A stretch of 64,000 bases of DNA from Octopus sinensis (lineage: Eukaryota): positions 53,878,001 to 53,942,000 of the forward strand of contig NC_043006.1 of assembly GCF_006345805.1 (NCBI RefSeq), written 5' to 3'. The position numbers and the translations under genes are program-made. The notes under the pieces are model-generated. The model did no database searches. It saw nothing but the letters and a program-made list of their open reading frames with translations, and was not told where the DNA came from. Positions 12,501 to 24,305 of the stretch are shown piece by piece. Numbering within the stretch: the first letter of the stretch is position 1; each line of letters starts with the position of its first letter.

Positions 12501-12607
12501 TTTTTTAACTGGGGTTGTATTTTAACACCAAAGATCTTACACTGGAATTACACACATCAGTTTGAATTGCAACGTTTTTTTTGTAAACGTCTGAATTTTT
12601 TTGTGTT

Positions 12608-12647
<40 letters not shown>

Positions 12648-12801
12648 TATATATAATTATATTTATATATATATATTATACATGCACACATATTTTAAAA
12701 TCTGGCTTACTTTGAAGCGAAAAATTAACGTGCAAAATACATTGAACATATCACGCGTAAACTTTATTTAGTTAAAAGGACTATATATATAAACGCACAA
12801 A

Positions 12802-13471
12802 ATGAACGATAGAAAAAGTATGAGTGAAATAGCAGCAGATTTTATTGACCCCTCTACGTGGCCTTTACTTCATAATGATCCTACACTAGAAGAGTTCGAA
12901 TTCATGTCACAGTCTCTGGAGTTAAGTTCTGTCAACGACGAATGGCTATCGTCGTCGGATCCTTTCAGTGATTTCAACTTCGATAATTTTGAAATGTTAT
13001 TTGCAGACCCCGACTTTCTTGTTGCTAATCGTATTGACAATCACAACAGCGAAAACACAGACCGCAATAGCAGATCGACTCGTAATCCTAATCCTAACTT
13101 ATCATCTGCGAACCCTTCACCCACGCACACCAATTATGAGTCGGATTTCTTGGCAACTGGTCAAGACGAACAACAGACACCATCGCCATCATCTTCATCA
13201 CGAGAATTCTTCTCTTCACAAACTTCAGCACCACCGTCACCCTGGTCCCAACATTCTTCTGTCGGTTCCCCATTGTCAACACAACCAGATTCACCACTCG
13301 GATTAAACACATCTGAGAATTCTTTTGATTTTCGGACTTTACTAAGTAAATCAAATCTTCAAGTTCCAGTTGAACAGACCCCAAACAAACCCCAGCCTAA
13401 GGAAAAGGGGAAGAGAGGTCGACCTCCAAAGAAAAACCTCGACCGACGAATACAGAAAGGGAAAAGAAATG
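12802..13471 (+). CDS. bHLH-Zip (Myc/Mxd-network-like) gene, coding exon 1: acidic-aromatic N-terminus, Ser/Pro-rich region, AT-hook
   Basis: 223-codon complex ORF from AAAATG, ending at strong donor AATG|GTAAGA (phase 1); KGKRGRPPKK at 13405-13434; phase matches exon 2. Confidence 0.8.
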
Positions 13472-16400
13472 GTAAGATTCTTTTTTTTTTTTTTTTGTTC
13501 CGTTTCTAATCAAACCCTTCTTCGTTACTAAAATTAATTACTCCTTACCATAACTTTGTTATTTCTATTCAATACATATTAATTAACAAGGTAGTCTCTA
13601 TGTAATCGCTTGACCGGCGACGATCTTCTATATTACGACTGTAAACTTAATTTTAAAAAATTACAAATTACAATACAAACATGAACGTCACTGAATTAAT
13701 GCTTGAAACTTGTATAAAAAAACATATATTTAACAAGAATAGTCAATATAGCAGCGAGACTCCACTTCTGTTAGATGTAGGGTTTCTCGTTTCGATTCTT
13801 GTACAAGAATCTGGTGGAGTCAGTTACTAAATTAGAACAAATAATATATTAGTCAAATATATATATATTCAGATAATTACACTACCCAGAAGGTTCTTGT
13901 TCATAGATCTGCTCAATCAGAGCTACCATGGGCTAAACAATAATTTATCAGTTGTAAGTTAGATAACAGCATACACTTATACACTTACCCCACCACGGAA
14001 CATGTAGCCTCTTCTTTCACATTAATTTATACTTACACTATTCAAAAATTAGGGGTTCGAATAAACTCTTCACTCTGGACATTATTCAGTTTTTTGTCTC
14101 TCTTTCTGTCAACAAATAGCGTTTTCCTTTTGTTCTCAAAGCTTACTTTCTTTGTACCCTAAGGTACGCTGAGGTCAACCCTGATTAGCAAATGCCATAA
14201 TGGGTATGGGATGAGGGAGTACGTCCCATTTTTAAAACGGTAGGGTATAAGGAATTTGGCTGTTATTTCTAGCAGGTTGAATGGTCATGTAGAGGCTTCC
14301 TCGTTAGCTCGTTTAAACATACAATAGTGGTGGGGAAAGCAAACACTCCATTGATAACTAATGCTTGTAAGCGTATATTTATGAATGTATTTTGTTCATA
14401 ATGGTTAACTTTTACGACCAGTCAGTCTTACCATACCAGTTCTTTGTAGATTTGGACAAATTTTACCACAGAGCATTTTTGCTTTGTATAAGTTTATTTA
14501 TACATTTGGGTTACACTTTGTTAAAGTTAAAAGAAAAAAAAAGAATACTAAGGAAACTAGTCTTGGGATTCCCACACGAACCGTATTGAAGACACACTTT
14601 CCTTCCACCTCATGATTTTTGACAACCGGCATGACAACACACACACACACACACACTTACACTCACATACATCAGCATGGTGAAAAAACTGCCGGGGTAC
14701 TCTCTTCTCTTTTTTTTTTATACGTAACCCAGTCATTCCAAACGCCATAGCAACGAACGAAGCTCTAATACTTCTAACCAGCCAACCTTTTGTCTATGCA
14801 TTTTGTAACCAATCCCTCGTTCGTTTTTATTTAAGCTTGAGAGACGATGGGTCAAACTTCCTCGATCGTTACCAGTAAAATAAATAAATACCAGTGACAT
14901 TAATTCAAACAACTCTGTCCCTCATTCCCTGGTTGTATCCTGACAAATAAGCAAATTTTATTCAGACGATAAAAACAAAGTGTTATAGCAGAACTAACAA
15001 AGTTTAATTGTGTTAGTTTGTCTTTGTAGAGATACTATAGCGACTTACTTTTGAAACTGTCCCTTATACCCCCCTACGATCTCATAGTAGCTAGGTAAAA
15101 CTTTATTTTTCTTCATTCCATATCTATAAATGTAGACTCAGATTTATCGAAAACTAAGGAGAGATTTATTTTTAGCTGAAAACCTTATTCTCCTATGGGC
15201 ATACACGCCGTTTGTTGCTGCTATTCCCAGTGGAAACGAAACCAGGTCGCTGTATCTATTTGCAGAGAATTTACCTCTTAGCTTCATCGTTTCTCACAGC
15301 TGAGAGAGTTCTTTATGAAACACAGTCTCTTTATTTTTAATAAAATGTGATGACTGGATCTCGTCATAATGACTGGTGGCTTACTTTGTCTTTGATTCTG
15401 GCAAAGTCGAACTAGAAAAGCAACCTTAGTCTGATTTTCTTACCGTCTACACCGAATCCATTCCCTCTTTCTTTCTAAAGTGACTATCAATTCTCTTATC
15501 TCTTTTTATATGCACTTCTTTCTGTGAGTTGAATATACAATGTCAAGCATCCTAATTCACATTTCAACTGTCTCCCTCCCCCTCGCTTCCATCTGTTTCT
15601 CTAACAAGTATGATCTTTAAAAGGATAGATAAGTGAAAGTGATAGGTTGTACCTTACACGAAAATAGTCACTTAAACTGGGTTGTAGAGATGGCGAGTGG
15701 GGTGACTTTTGTATAACGTCTTTGCTGATAAAAAAAAAATATTCTCTAAAAAGTCTTTCGCAGAGTATCTCCCAAGACAACAGTTTAAAAAAATTAGCTT
15801 AAGGTCCCTCTAATGTTTTATATACTAAATAGAATTTAGTCCTTTTTTTTTAATACAGGAGATGAATAGGGCTGAGGTGTTGCCCAGTTAAAAGGGATGC
15901 GAGACGTTTCCTTTTGTCAGTTAATAACTTGTTTTGTAGTTTGACGTGAGTTAATATGTATATGTCACCTAATGTGTTAAGAAGTTTAATCTTCAATTTG
16001 TACTATGTTAATTAGTGTCAAATATTAAAAAGCAAACACATTCTGAAAATTCGCCCTAAAAGACTTTTGACATTCTGATTGATACGTGTAATAAATTCAC
16101 GGGCATAGTTTCCAATTTAGTGAAATAATTTCAGGCTCTCAGTTTAATTACAATTCCTGCCAGGGAATTAGATTCATCGCTATCGGAGGGTTTGCGCAGA
16201 ATATGGTCACTAGTTCCTTCCAGATTTAATGAAAAAATATCCCCCTAGGTGTTGAATACTGAATAAATAAAGATCAACTATATTCTATATCTCCCTCACC
16301 CGTTGCATGCTTGTGGTCTTGTGTCAATAAATGTTTTTCAATGCAACAGTTGTATTTTCGTCGTTATTTCATAATTAATCACTTTTTTTTCACTGAATGT

Positions 16401-18160
16401 TTCAGCGTTATCGTTAAAACAAACTTATTTCTTGTGTTCGCATAAAAAAATATAAGACAGTGGAAATTTTTAGAAAGTTTAGTTTGAAAGTTTATCGGCG
16501 CCTTTAATTTTGAACCTCAAAGTTAGAGGGAGCCTCTTATACGCCTTCGATTTTTAAGAAATAGCAGCTAAATTCCTTTCTACTATCTTAAATCAGTCTT
16601 GATGCAGTCCTATATATATATATATGTAAAATGACGGTGTTAATGACTGAAATACTTTTTGATCCATAAGTCTGCTCGATCATTTTTAGTTATAGTTGGG
16701 AGCTGAACAACCACTACAACCGCTCCTGCCATCAACTTGATCAACCGCAATACTTTCGACCCTTTTTAGATAAAGGAGTCGTGATATTTAGCGTTTATTG
16801 CAACAAACAGAGATTTGTCCCTATATTGGCACAAGAATAGATAAAATATTTAATATAAACACAAGGCCCTAAAATAGTTAGGGGATGGGAAAAGTCGATA
16901 TTGGTACTTTTATTTTGTCGACACCGGAGGGTTGAAAGCTCGGGATGAATGTAAACACCGAGTACAAATACCGTAATGCTTTTTTCATCTCCTCCTCCTT
17001 GCCGACTCTTTTGATCAACCATCGATTAAATGATGTTAGGAATTGAGTGTTGCTTTGATCATCGGGGTTCCTTCCCCAAATAAAATATTTTCTATAACTT
17101 AGGGAAAATATATTGTATTTATTCAACACTAGTTATGTAGTATAAGATATTAGTTAAATAAAGGTATTTCTCCTACAAGTACTTGCCGGAGTACGTAATA
17201 AACAAGCATTTTTATTGCAGTAAATTGAATTCATGAAAACAGTAAGGAAATTTTCAGTAAATAGTTTTTAGGTTTTTTTATTGTTTCTATAAAACATTGG
17301 GTTTTTTGTATGCCTGATACAATTATATAAATTGCACTCCTTGCGTCCATGTCATATTGTCAGTAAATGAGTTTCTTTATTAAATTCATAAAATATAACA
17401 GGTCATTTGCTTGTGTTTTTGTGGATCAATACTGTAGTAATTATCTGATCATACAATTCGATTCTATGTAGGTTTCGATTAAAACCAGTTAGCTCTACGT
17501 AGATCACCAATTCCGTCTGCATTCCCTTAAAATTTTTCAGGTTTCTACCCAAGTAGTAGTTTAAACCTAGGATGGCTCTAATCGAGCAGATCGTCTTAGT
17601 TTATCTTGGGTTAGGGTTAGGACAACATTATCTAAGACGGTAGAGGTGTCATTGGGGGGGGGGTGCTATCTCTAGCGGGTCAAGTGACTACATAGAGGCT
17701 TATTCCCTGGCTACCCAAACAGAAGTACGTCGAAGTGTATATATTAATCTTGTATTTGATCGTCGAAGATTGAGTTTATCTCCTTTTATGGTCGATTACA
17801 GTTTTTAAAAACACGATAAATGTGACACAATACATTTTAAAACTTTTGGTCATATATTGCCCCTATACGTTCTCAGTATTAAAATTCCGGGCTAGTTCAT
17901 CCTAACAAGATCGATCGATAAAATACGTACTCCTTTGAGTGTAATCGATTATAGAGCTGAATAGGCAGTGCTCCGGCATGGCCGCAGATTGAAATCTGTG
18001 CAAAAATATCCCATTGTTGTAGGTTCAATTCCCGTCTGCTTTGGCTTGGTAAATTTACTATTTCAAAAGATTGTATGTTGCATATCACTTTTCTTTATGA
18101 AGTAAAATAAAACGGTCTTTTTTTTATCATTTCGATTCCTTTTAGCTATCATTTCTCCAG

Positions 18161-18559
18161 AAATACTCGAAGACTCAATGGTGAGACTGTCCCACACAAA
18201 TCATACAAACACCAGTTGTAGTAGTAGCACACCAACAGCCGTAACAGAGAGAAAGAAACGTAAATGCATGACAGACGAAGAGAAGAAAATTCATAACGAA
18301 CTGGAACGAAGGCGCCGTGCTGCCATGTCTGTGCGTCTGGCACATTTAAAAGACTCTGTTGAAAAAATTCGCGATGATCCAAAAGCGTCGACAAAAAAAA
18401 TAGTCGATGAAGCAATTGTTGCTATTGAGGACTGTAAGCTCCATGAGCAGGAACTTCTGATCGAGAAACAGAATTTGGCAGATCACCGGCGGAGGCTAAA
18501 GGCGCGGATACAATCTATGGAAAACGGAACAGATTATTCTTTCACAGCAACGCTAACAG
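18161..18559 (+). CDS. bHLH-Zip gene, coding exon 2: basic helix-loop-helix leucine zipper
   Basis: Acceptor TTTCTCCAG|; phase 1 puts it in frame with ORF 18178. HNELERRRR...LKD...KASTKKIVDEA...EQELLIEK..L...RRRLK aligns ungapped to Myc and Mxd bHLH-Zips. Donor ACAG|GTACAT at 18560; 399 nt. Confidence 0.9.
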
Positions 18560-18569
18560 GTACATTTTA

Positions 18570-19290
18570 TCTTTCATGTTTTTGGGGTCGATAAGGCATT
18601 GCCCAAAATACTGGGTCGATTTAATCGACTAACCAATCTCTCTCTCTCTCTCTCCCTCTCCAGGAAATCGGGCCTTTATTATTTACTGTAAGGAGGGTGG
18701 CTAGACAGAATCGTTAGCGAATCACCCTTGTACTTCTTGCGACTCTTTACGTTTTGATTTCAAATCCCGCCAAGATCAACTTTGCCGTTTATCCCTCCGG
18801 GGTCAAATAGAGCAGTACCAGTCAAATATAGACTTACTCCCCTTTCCCCTTGAGCCCATGTCAGAAATACTTGGGAGGAGGAAGGAAGCGAGCCGGCAGT
18901 TGTCAGTCAGATTGTTGGGGCAATGCGTTGCAGCAATTTTCCCTGCTGTTTACATTCTTCGTTCAAATCTCGCCGAGGTCAGATTTGCTGTTCATAAGGA
19001 GGGCGGCGAGTTCGCTGAATTGTTTTTGCATGTGGGCGAGGGGTACATGATTGGCTTTTGTTCCCGGCTCATAACGCTTTGCATTCAAATCCTGCAGAGG
19101 TCAACTTTGCCTTTCCTCCATTCGAGACCGATTTAACAAACTACCAGTCAAGTAGTGAATCGATGTAATTTGCTGTCCCCACCCCTGCCCACTACCACTA
19201 ACAAATGCTGGCTATGTTGCTAAACAATCGGTATTTCTTCCGGCTCTTCACGTTCTGAATTCAAATAACCCCTCTGGGATCGATGTGACA
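18570..19290 (+). mobile_element. Array of 4-5 decayed SINE-B units
   Basis: Recurring CGTT..GA.TTCAAAT...GAGGTCAACTTTGC motifs near 18750, 18960, 19080 and 19250. Confidence 0.7.
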
Positions 19291-19294
19291 GTTG

Positions 19295-19462
19295 AGGTCC
19301 ATTAAGCTTTTTCTTATTTCTTTATTGCCCACAAGGGGCTAAACACAGAGGGGACAAACAAAGACAAACGGATTAAGTCAATTACATCGATCCCAGTGCG
19401 TAACTGGTACTTATTTAATTGACCCCGAAAGGATGAAAGGCAAGGTCCATTAAGCTTTTTCT
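19295..19462 (-). mobile_element. 5'-truncated SINE-B (128 bp) with 20-bp target-site duplication
   Basis: AGGTCCATTAAGCTTTTTCT at 19295-19314 and 19443-19462 flanks an antisense SINE-B tail. Confidence 0.85.
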
Positions 19463-20199
19463 GTTGCCAAATTTATTCAGTGTAGTCTTTTCATTTTTTT
19501 TAATCTTGCCATGACTGACTTGCTTATTTTGCTATTCAGGATCAAATTAATAAATAAAAATAAATTATATTTAATATGGTTGCCTGATTTGGCAAGAAAG
19601 TAAATTTTTAATCTCTTAGTCCCCACTGTCTGTCGTAAATGGCTGGTCAGTTCAGACAATGGGTAGGAGTCGAGGAGGTTCAGTCTTTTAAGCTTGTACG
19701 TTTAAGATTCAGTTTGCCTTATCTGGGGCCCTGTATGTGATACGCGTTCCTTTACTTTATGGCATTCTTGGAGTATGCGAATTAAAACATTTAAATTGGA
19801 AATAAGTAGAAAGGTAGTTCACCGCTATTTTCGTTAAATACATTAATGTACCTCTACTACAGATATTATTTACCTCTCCTTGCTCCATACTGCTACCCTT
19901 ACCTCTTCTTCCTTGTTTGGAGTCTCTGTGTGTGTGCGTGCGAGTTAGGTTTGAACTAGACAGAAATACAAAGATTATCCCAAACTAGGTAACCAAACGT
20001 GGTTACCCGACAAGCTAAGTGATCGCTGAGTCTTTTTCATATCTACATTGCACTGTCTCAAAAAGAAAAAGGAGTTCGCCAGCAAAAAACAAAAAACGCT
20101 GGTGTCCTAGCTGGAATGCCTTTTTTTTTAACAAAAGGTAGGGTAATAACTTCGGGCTAAACTATATAACAAAGGCGTTTAACATGTAAGGTAATGTTT

Positions 20200-20420
20200 T
20201 TCCTTACGTAATCATGACGTCTCAAATTCACATACGATATTCTAAATTATCGCCCCGTTCTCTAACTCCGCCTCTTCGGCGTTGTTGCAGTTGAAATGGC
20301 GGGAAAGCAGCAACCAATCAGCGTACGGAGTTCGTTTTCCTTTTTCTTCCTCTCCGTATAAGCCCGCGAAACTATTCTTCTTTGTCGAGGCTGCTTTCTT
20401 CGTCATACTTTTCAGATTGA
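20200..20420. promoter_or_regulatory. Intragenic CpG-rich promoter-like island (E2F/YY1/NF-Y/CRE-like motifs)
   Basis: TTACGTAA 20204, ATGACGT 20214, CTCCGCCT 20266, AAATGGCGGGAAA 20294-20306, CCAATCAG 20314, pyrimidine tract 20335-20355, GCCCGCGAAA 20362-20371; about 14 CpG in 170 bp. Confidence 0.6.
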
Positions 20421-20798
20421 ATAAGCTATATATTTTGCTGACATATTGGAGCATCTCCACTAAAAGTATATCGACTAAAAGATTTCATTTTGTATATATT
20501 TTATTGAAACGGTTAAGTCGGCATAATTTCATTGTCTAAATGTCTCAAATTAGGACATTAAAGCATTGTTCGACTCAACATGTAAGACATAAGAGCTACA
20601 CACACACACACACACGATGGTTTATCGCGCCATTTCCGTCTACAACGTTTCCCGCGTGTATACACATATATGTAATATATGTATGTGATGTATGTGTGTG
20701 CATATATATATATATATATATGCTTGTATGTATATAAAATGAACATAGCTGCATGTATTATATGTATAATCGTGAGGGAAAAATATGCTGGCCTTGAG

Positions 20799-20998
20799 CA
20801 GGGGTCCCCAAACATTTTAGACCATCGACCCCTTTATGGAATCTTTAACCCTTCATCGACCCCCTTCGTGGAATCCTTGACCCCCTCATCGACACCCCCC
20901 TCCAGGCATGTACAAGAAAATAAATAAATAATAATAATTAAGTAGATGTGCATTTATCGACCCCATAGGGTCGATATTGACCACTTTGGAGACTCCTG
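20799..20998. mobile_element. hAT (Charlie-type) MITE with 8-bp TSD
   Basis: CAGGGGTCCCCAAA...TTTGGAGACTCCTG; flanks GCCTTGAG / GCCTAGAA (6/8); internal TCGACCCC repeats. Confidence 0.8.
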
Positions 20999-21466
20999 GC
21001 CTAGAAGAATGCTTTGGTAGAATATCTTACATATGTATTTGTGTGTATAAGAACAAGTATGTTTCTTCTTGTATTGATATGATAGTTTGTAAACAAGCGT
21101 CACCATGTGAGTGTCCAGCAATCTTCCATGAAAAAATGTCTAGCCAACGGGAAGTTTTTTCCTTGCTTGGAACCTCATCGGTAACAGGAAGAGCGATCTG
21201 GCCTTGGAAAAGTGGGTATTAAATTGATGCATTTAGCATACTTAATTGAAATCCCACTTAAGCAATGTGATAAGTGTAATCCGTACCCAGTATGTAACTG
21301 GTACTTTTGTTTTATTGGCATTTGAAAAGAGGGAAATGAAGGTTGACCTTGTTGGGATTTGAACTCATTTCTGTGGCTACCTACCCTAAAGCATGTTTTC
21401 TGATGAGAGAGGACCCATACTGCAGTTTCAGTAGTCTTGAAATGAATTCACTTCACTCAAGTACAT

Positions 21467-21792
21467 TCTAAAGACTCCGCCGGTTACGACGACGAGGGTC
21501 CCAGCTGATACGATCAACGGAACAGCTTGCTCGTGAAATTAACGTGCAAATGGCTGAGCATTCCACAGACACGTGTACCCTTAACGTAGTTCTCGGGGAT
21601 AATCAGCGTGACACAGAGAGTGACAAGGCTGACCCTTTGAAATACAAGTACAACTCATTTTTGCCAGCTGAGTGGACTGGAGCAACGTGAAATAAAGTGT
21701 CTTGCTCAAGGACACAACGCGTCGCCGGGAATCGAACTCACAACCTTACAATCATGAGCCGAATGCCCTAACCACTAAGCCATGCACCCTCA
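21467..21792 (-). mobile_element. SINE-D with 13-bp TSD
   Basis: Antisense match to 39390-39712; CACTCAAGTACAT at 21454-21466 and 21793-21805. Confidence 0.85.
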
Positions 21793-22311
21793 CACTCAAG
21801 TACATATAGCCATGACCACATCTAGGTTTCCCACTTAGAAAAAAAAAGGTATTTTTTATGCAACTTATACGGTGTTTTATTGTTTTATAATAGTGGATCT
21901 ACTTACCTACATTTTCAATTAGGCCAACCGTTACATCTTGAACAGTTTGAAATTTATAATTTTGTTCTTACCCATTACTCTATAGGCTACCAGTGATTGG
22001 TTGAACAGTTACATAATAGTTTCCATGGTAAAATAAATGTTTTTGTCCCATCAAATTATACAGAAAAGCATGCTGACAAAAGACCTTCACATGTTATCAG
22101 GGAAAGTAGTGGATCAAAAGACCTAGCCTTCAGTGATACACGATTCATTCTTTTGTTCATTTTACATCCTTTTTTATCATGCTAGCATGAGTTAGATGAA
22201 TATTGTTTTACAGCTGAATACCCCTCTTGTTGATAATACCTGATCTTTTCAATAGGTGTCTTTCTTTCCACTCATCTTGTGCTGACAGACAATTTGTTAA
22301 TAGGAATAATA

Positions 22312-22449
22312 GGCATAGGAGTGGTTGTGTAGTAAGTAGCTTGCTTACGAACCACAATGGTTGCAGGTCCAGTCCCACTGTGTGGCACCTTGGGCAAGTG
22401 TCTTGTGGATTTGGTAGGCAGAAACTTAAAGAAGCCCGTCGTATATATA

Positions 22450-22504
<55 letters not shown>

Positions 22505-22710
22505 ATATAAGTATGTCTCTGCCCCCCCCCCTAACATCGCTTGACGAGATGCTGGTGTGTTTACATCCCCATAACTTAGTGGTACGGCAAAAGCGACCGA
22601 TAGAATAAGTACTAGGCTTACAAAGAATAAATCCTGGGGTCGGTTTGCTCGACTAAAGGCGGTGTTCCAGCATGGCCACAGTCAAATGACTGAAACAAGT
22701 AAAAGAGGAA
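22312..22710 (+). mobile_element. SINE-A
   Basis: GGAGTGGTTGTGTAGTAAG...GACTGAAACAAGTAAAAGAG, with some CpG-to-TpG/CpA changes. Confidence 0.85.
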
Positions 22711-24121
22711 TGTCAGACATCATTTGTAGCTTAGTGCAGGATGTAAAATGAGATAACAGGCTAGCTCTTTGGTGGTTCATGAGTAGGTTACATCAGGAAC
22801 CTTATAACACTATGGGTCATAGTCAATGTACACTATTTTAATATGTTCTGTGAAAATTGAGTGCAAAGGGGTTAAGAAAGAAAGAGTAGCGTGTGTTCAT
22901 CAGAATTGCACTGTTCAATGAATGTATGAGAGCCAAGGTATGTCAGTAGTTATGTGTGATAATTATTGAATAATTTATGCATGGATGCTGCTGTGTAAAT
23001 AAATATGTATCTTAGCTGAACGATAGACAAGAAATGTGAAGAAAAACGTTCAAGTCACATTATTAGGTATTCACTTTCAGATACTCAGCTCATTTTTAAC
23101 TCCAATGAATAACTTTCCTTTCTGGTGGTTCTTTTTCTTTTTGATGTCCTGAACTTTGGCTTTTACAGTGCTGTTGTATTCATTGTTGAACTCCTACCAC
23201 AGTTGGTATAAGTTTAGTTTTAGGATTAGATTTTACCTTTGTGTATATTATGGGCTCACCTTTTGACCCCTATGCTTCCACAGCATGCTGTGTGGGGTCA
23301 TGTCTTATGATTAAATATTCTTCTGTGTGTGTTCTGAAGAGAAATGATACAATTTCTTTTTCTTATTTTTCAATGGTTTCTTTCTTACATCTTCCAGACC
23401 AACAAACTAATTTGAAGCATCAGCTGGAGTGATTATATTTATGCTCACCCGCCTTGCTTGCACACACACACACACACACACACAGAAAGTCAGTAATGTC
23501 ATGATATATAAATAGGGTCTAATTTCAAGGACCTACAAACGCCTAATCTAAAAGCTAATGTTGTCTCACCTATAACAATTCGGCTAATCCATCTCCCTGT
23601 AACGAGTATGAGACAACTAGTGTAGGTCATTGGTCTGCAGCCATGCTGGGGAATTACTTTCAAGAACTGATTAATCACACCAGCCTATCGATCTCTATAT
23701 GTCAGACCATTTAAAAGGGACACAACACTGGTTCATAAATTTAGTCTTAACAATAAACACAAACACATATATTTCTGGATTCTCTCGTTACACAGTCCAA
23801 GGTCACACCAGAATCTGGTTAATACACTTTTTTTGCTCTCTGTTCAAATCTTGAAATGGTTGACATGTTTATATGGTCTGTGTTAAGTGTTCTGAAGTTA
23901 CACAGCAATGTGTCAGTCTGGCTACTATGTAAGTCTTCCATGCTGTTGTGTTACTCTTGGGGGTCTATGACTTCTTACTCAGTTGCCTAGCTTTATGCAT
24001 AGGCATTGAATATAGACAATATTATGCACTTGTATATATGTTACTAAGGAATTATATACATGTATTAGGATGGAAGCATAACGTCACAATCATGAATGCT
24101 TGAACCCTACTGAGTGGGATT

Positions 24122-24305
24122 TTAACTCTTCAGCATTGAAACTGGTCGAACTCAGGCTCTCTCTCAGTCTCCTACCATACAGCATTGTTGTAAAAATAAA
24201 CAGTCACATCATGAAAATCTTGAAGCTACATTAGCATGATTGCTACTTCAAAATAATGTGAATAAATAAGCATTGCATTTTATAGAGTAATTTGAATGCT
24301 TGAGT
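24122..24305. mobile_element. Decayed piggyBac-like MITE (family of 1209-1430)
   Basis: TTAACTCTTCAGCATT...AAAATCTTGAAGCTAC...TAATTTGAATGCT colinear with 1209-1430. Confidence 0.5.

Noticed and set aside
12802-13471. Calling the gene myc
   Set aside because: No Myc box I/II, and several bHLH positions are Mxd-like; gene symbol left empty.
20242-20460. Minus ORF containing KAASTKK, echoing KASTKK of the bHLH
   Set aside because: Similarity is limited to 6-7 residues with no basic region or zipper; the DNA is better explained as a promoter island.
21399-21460. CTGATGA...GAAA hammerhead-like pattern
   Set aside because: Stems I and III and the NUH site cannot be formed.
22028-22213. H/ACA snoRNA candidate (ANANNA near 22075-22083, ACA at 22138)
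   Set aside because: Predicted stems are only 3-4 bp; not supportable by eye.
23206-23397. C/D or H/ACA snoRNA, or pre-miRNA, around the TGACCCC/GGGGTCA hairpin
   Set aside because: C-like and D boxes only ~25 nt apart, no H box between hairpins, and the stem is too short for a pre-miRNA.
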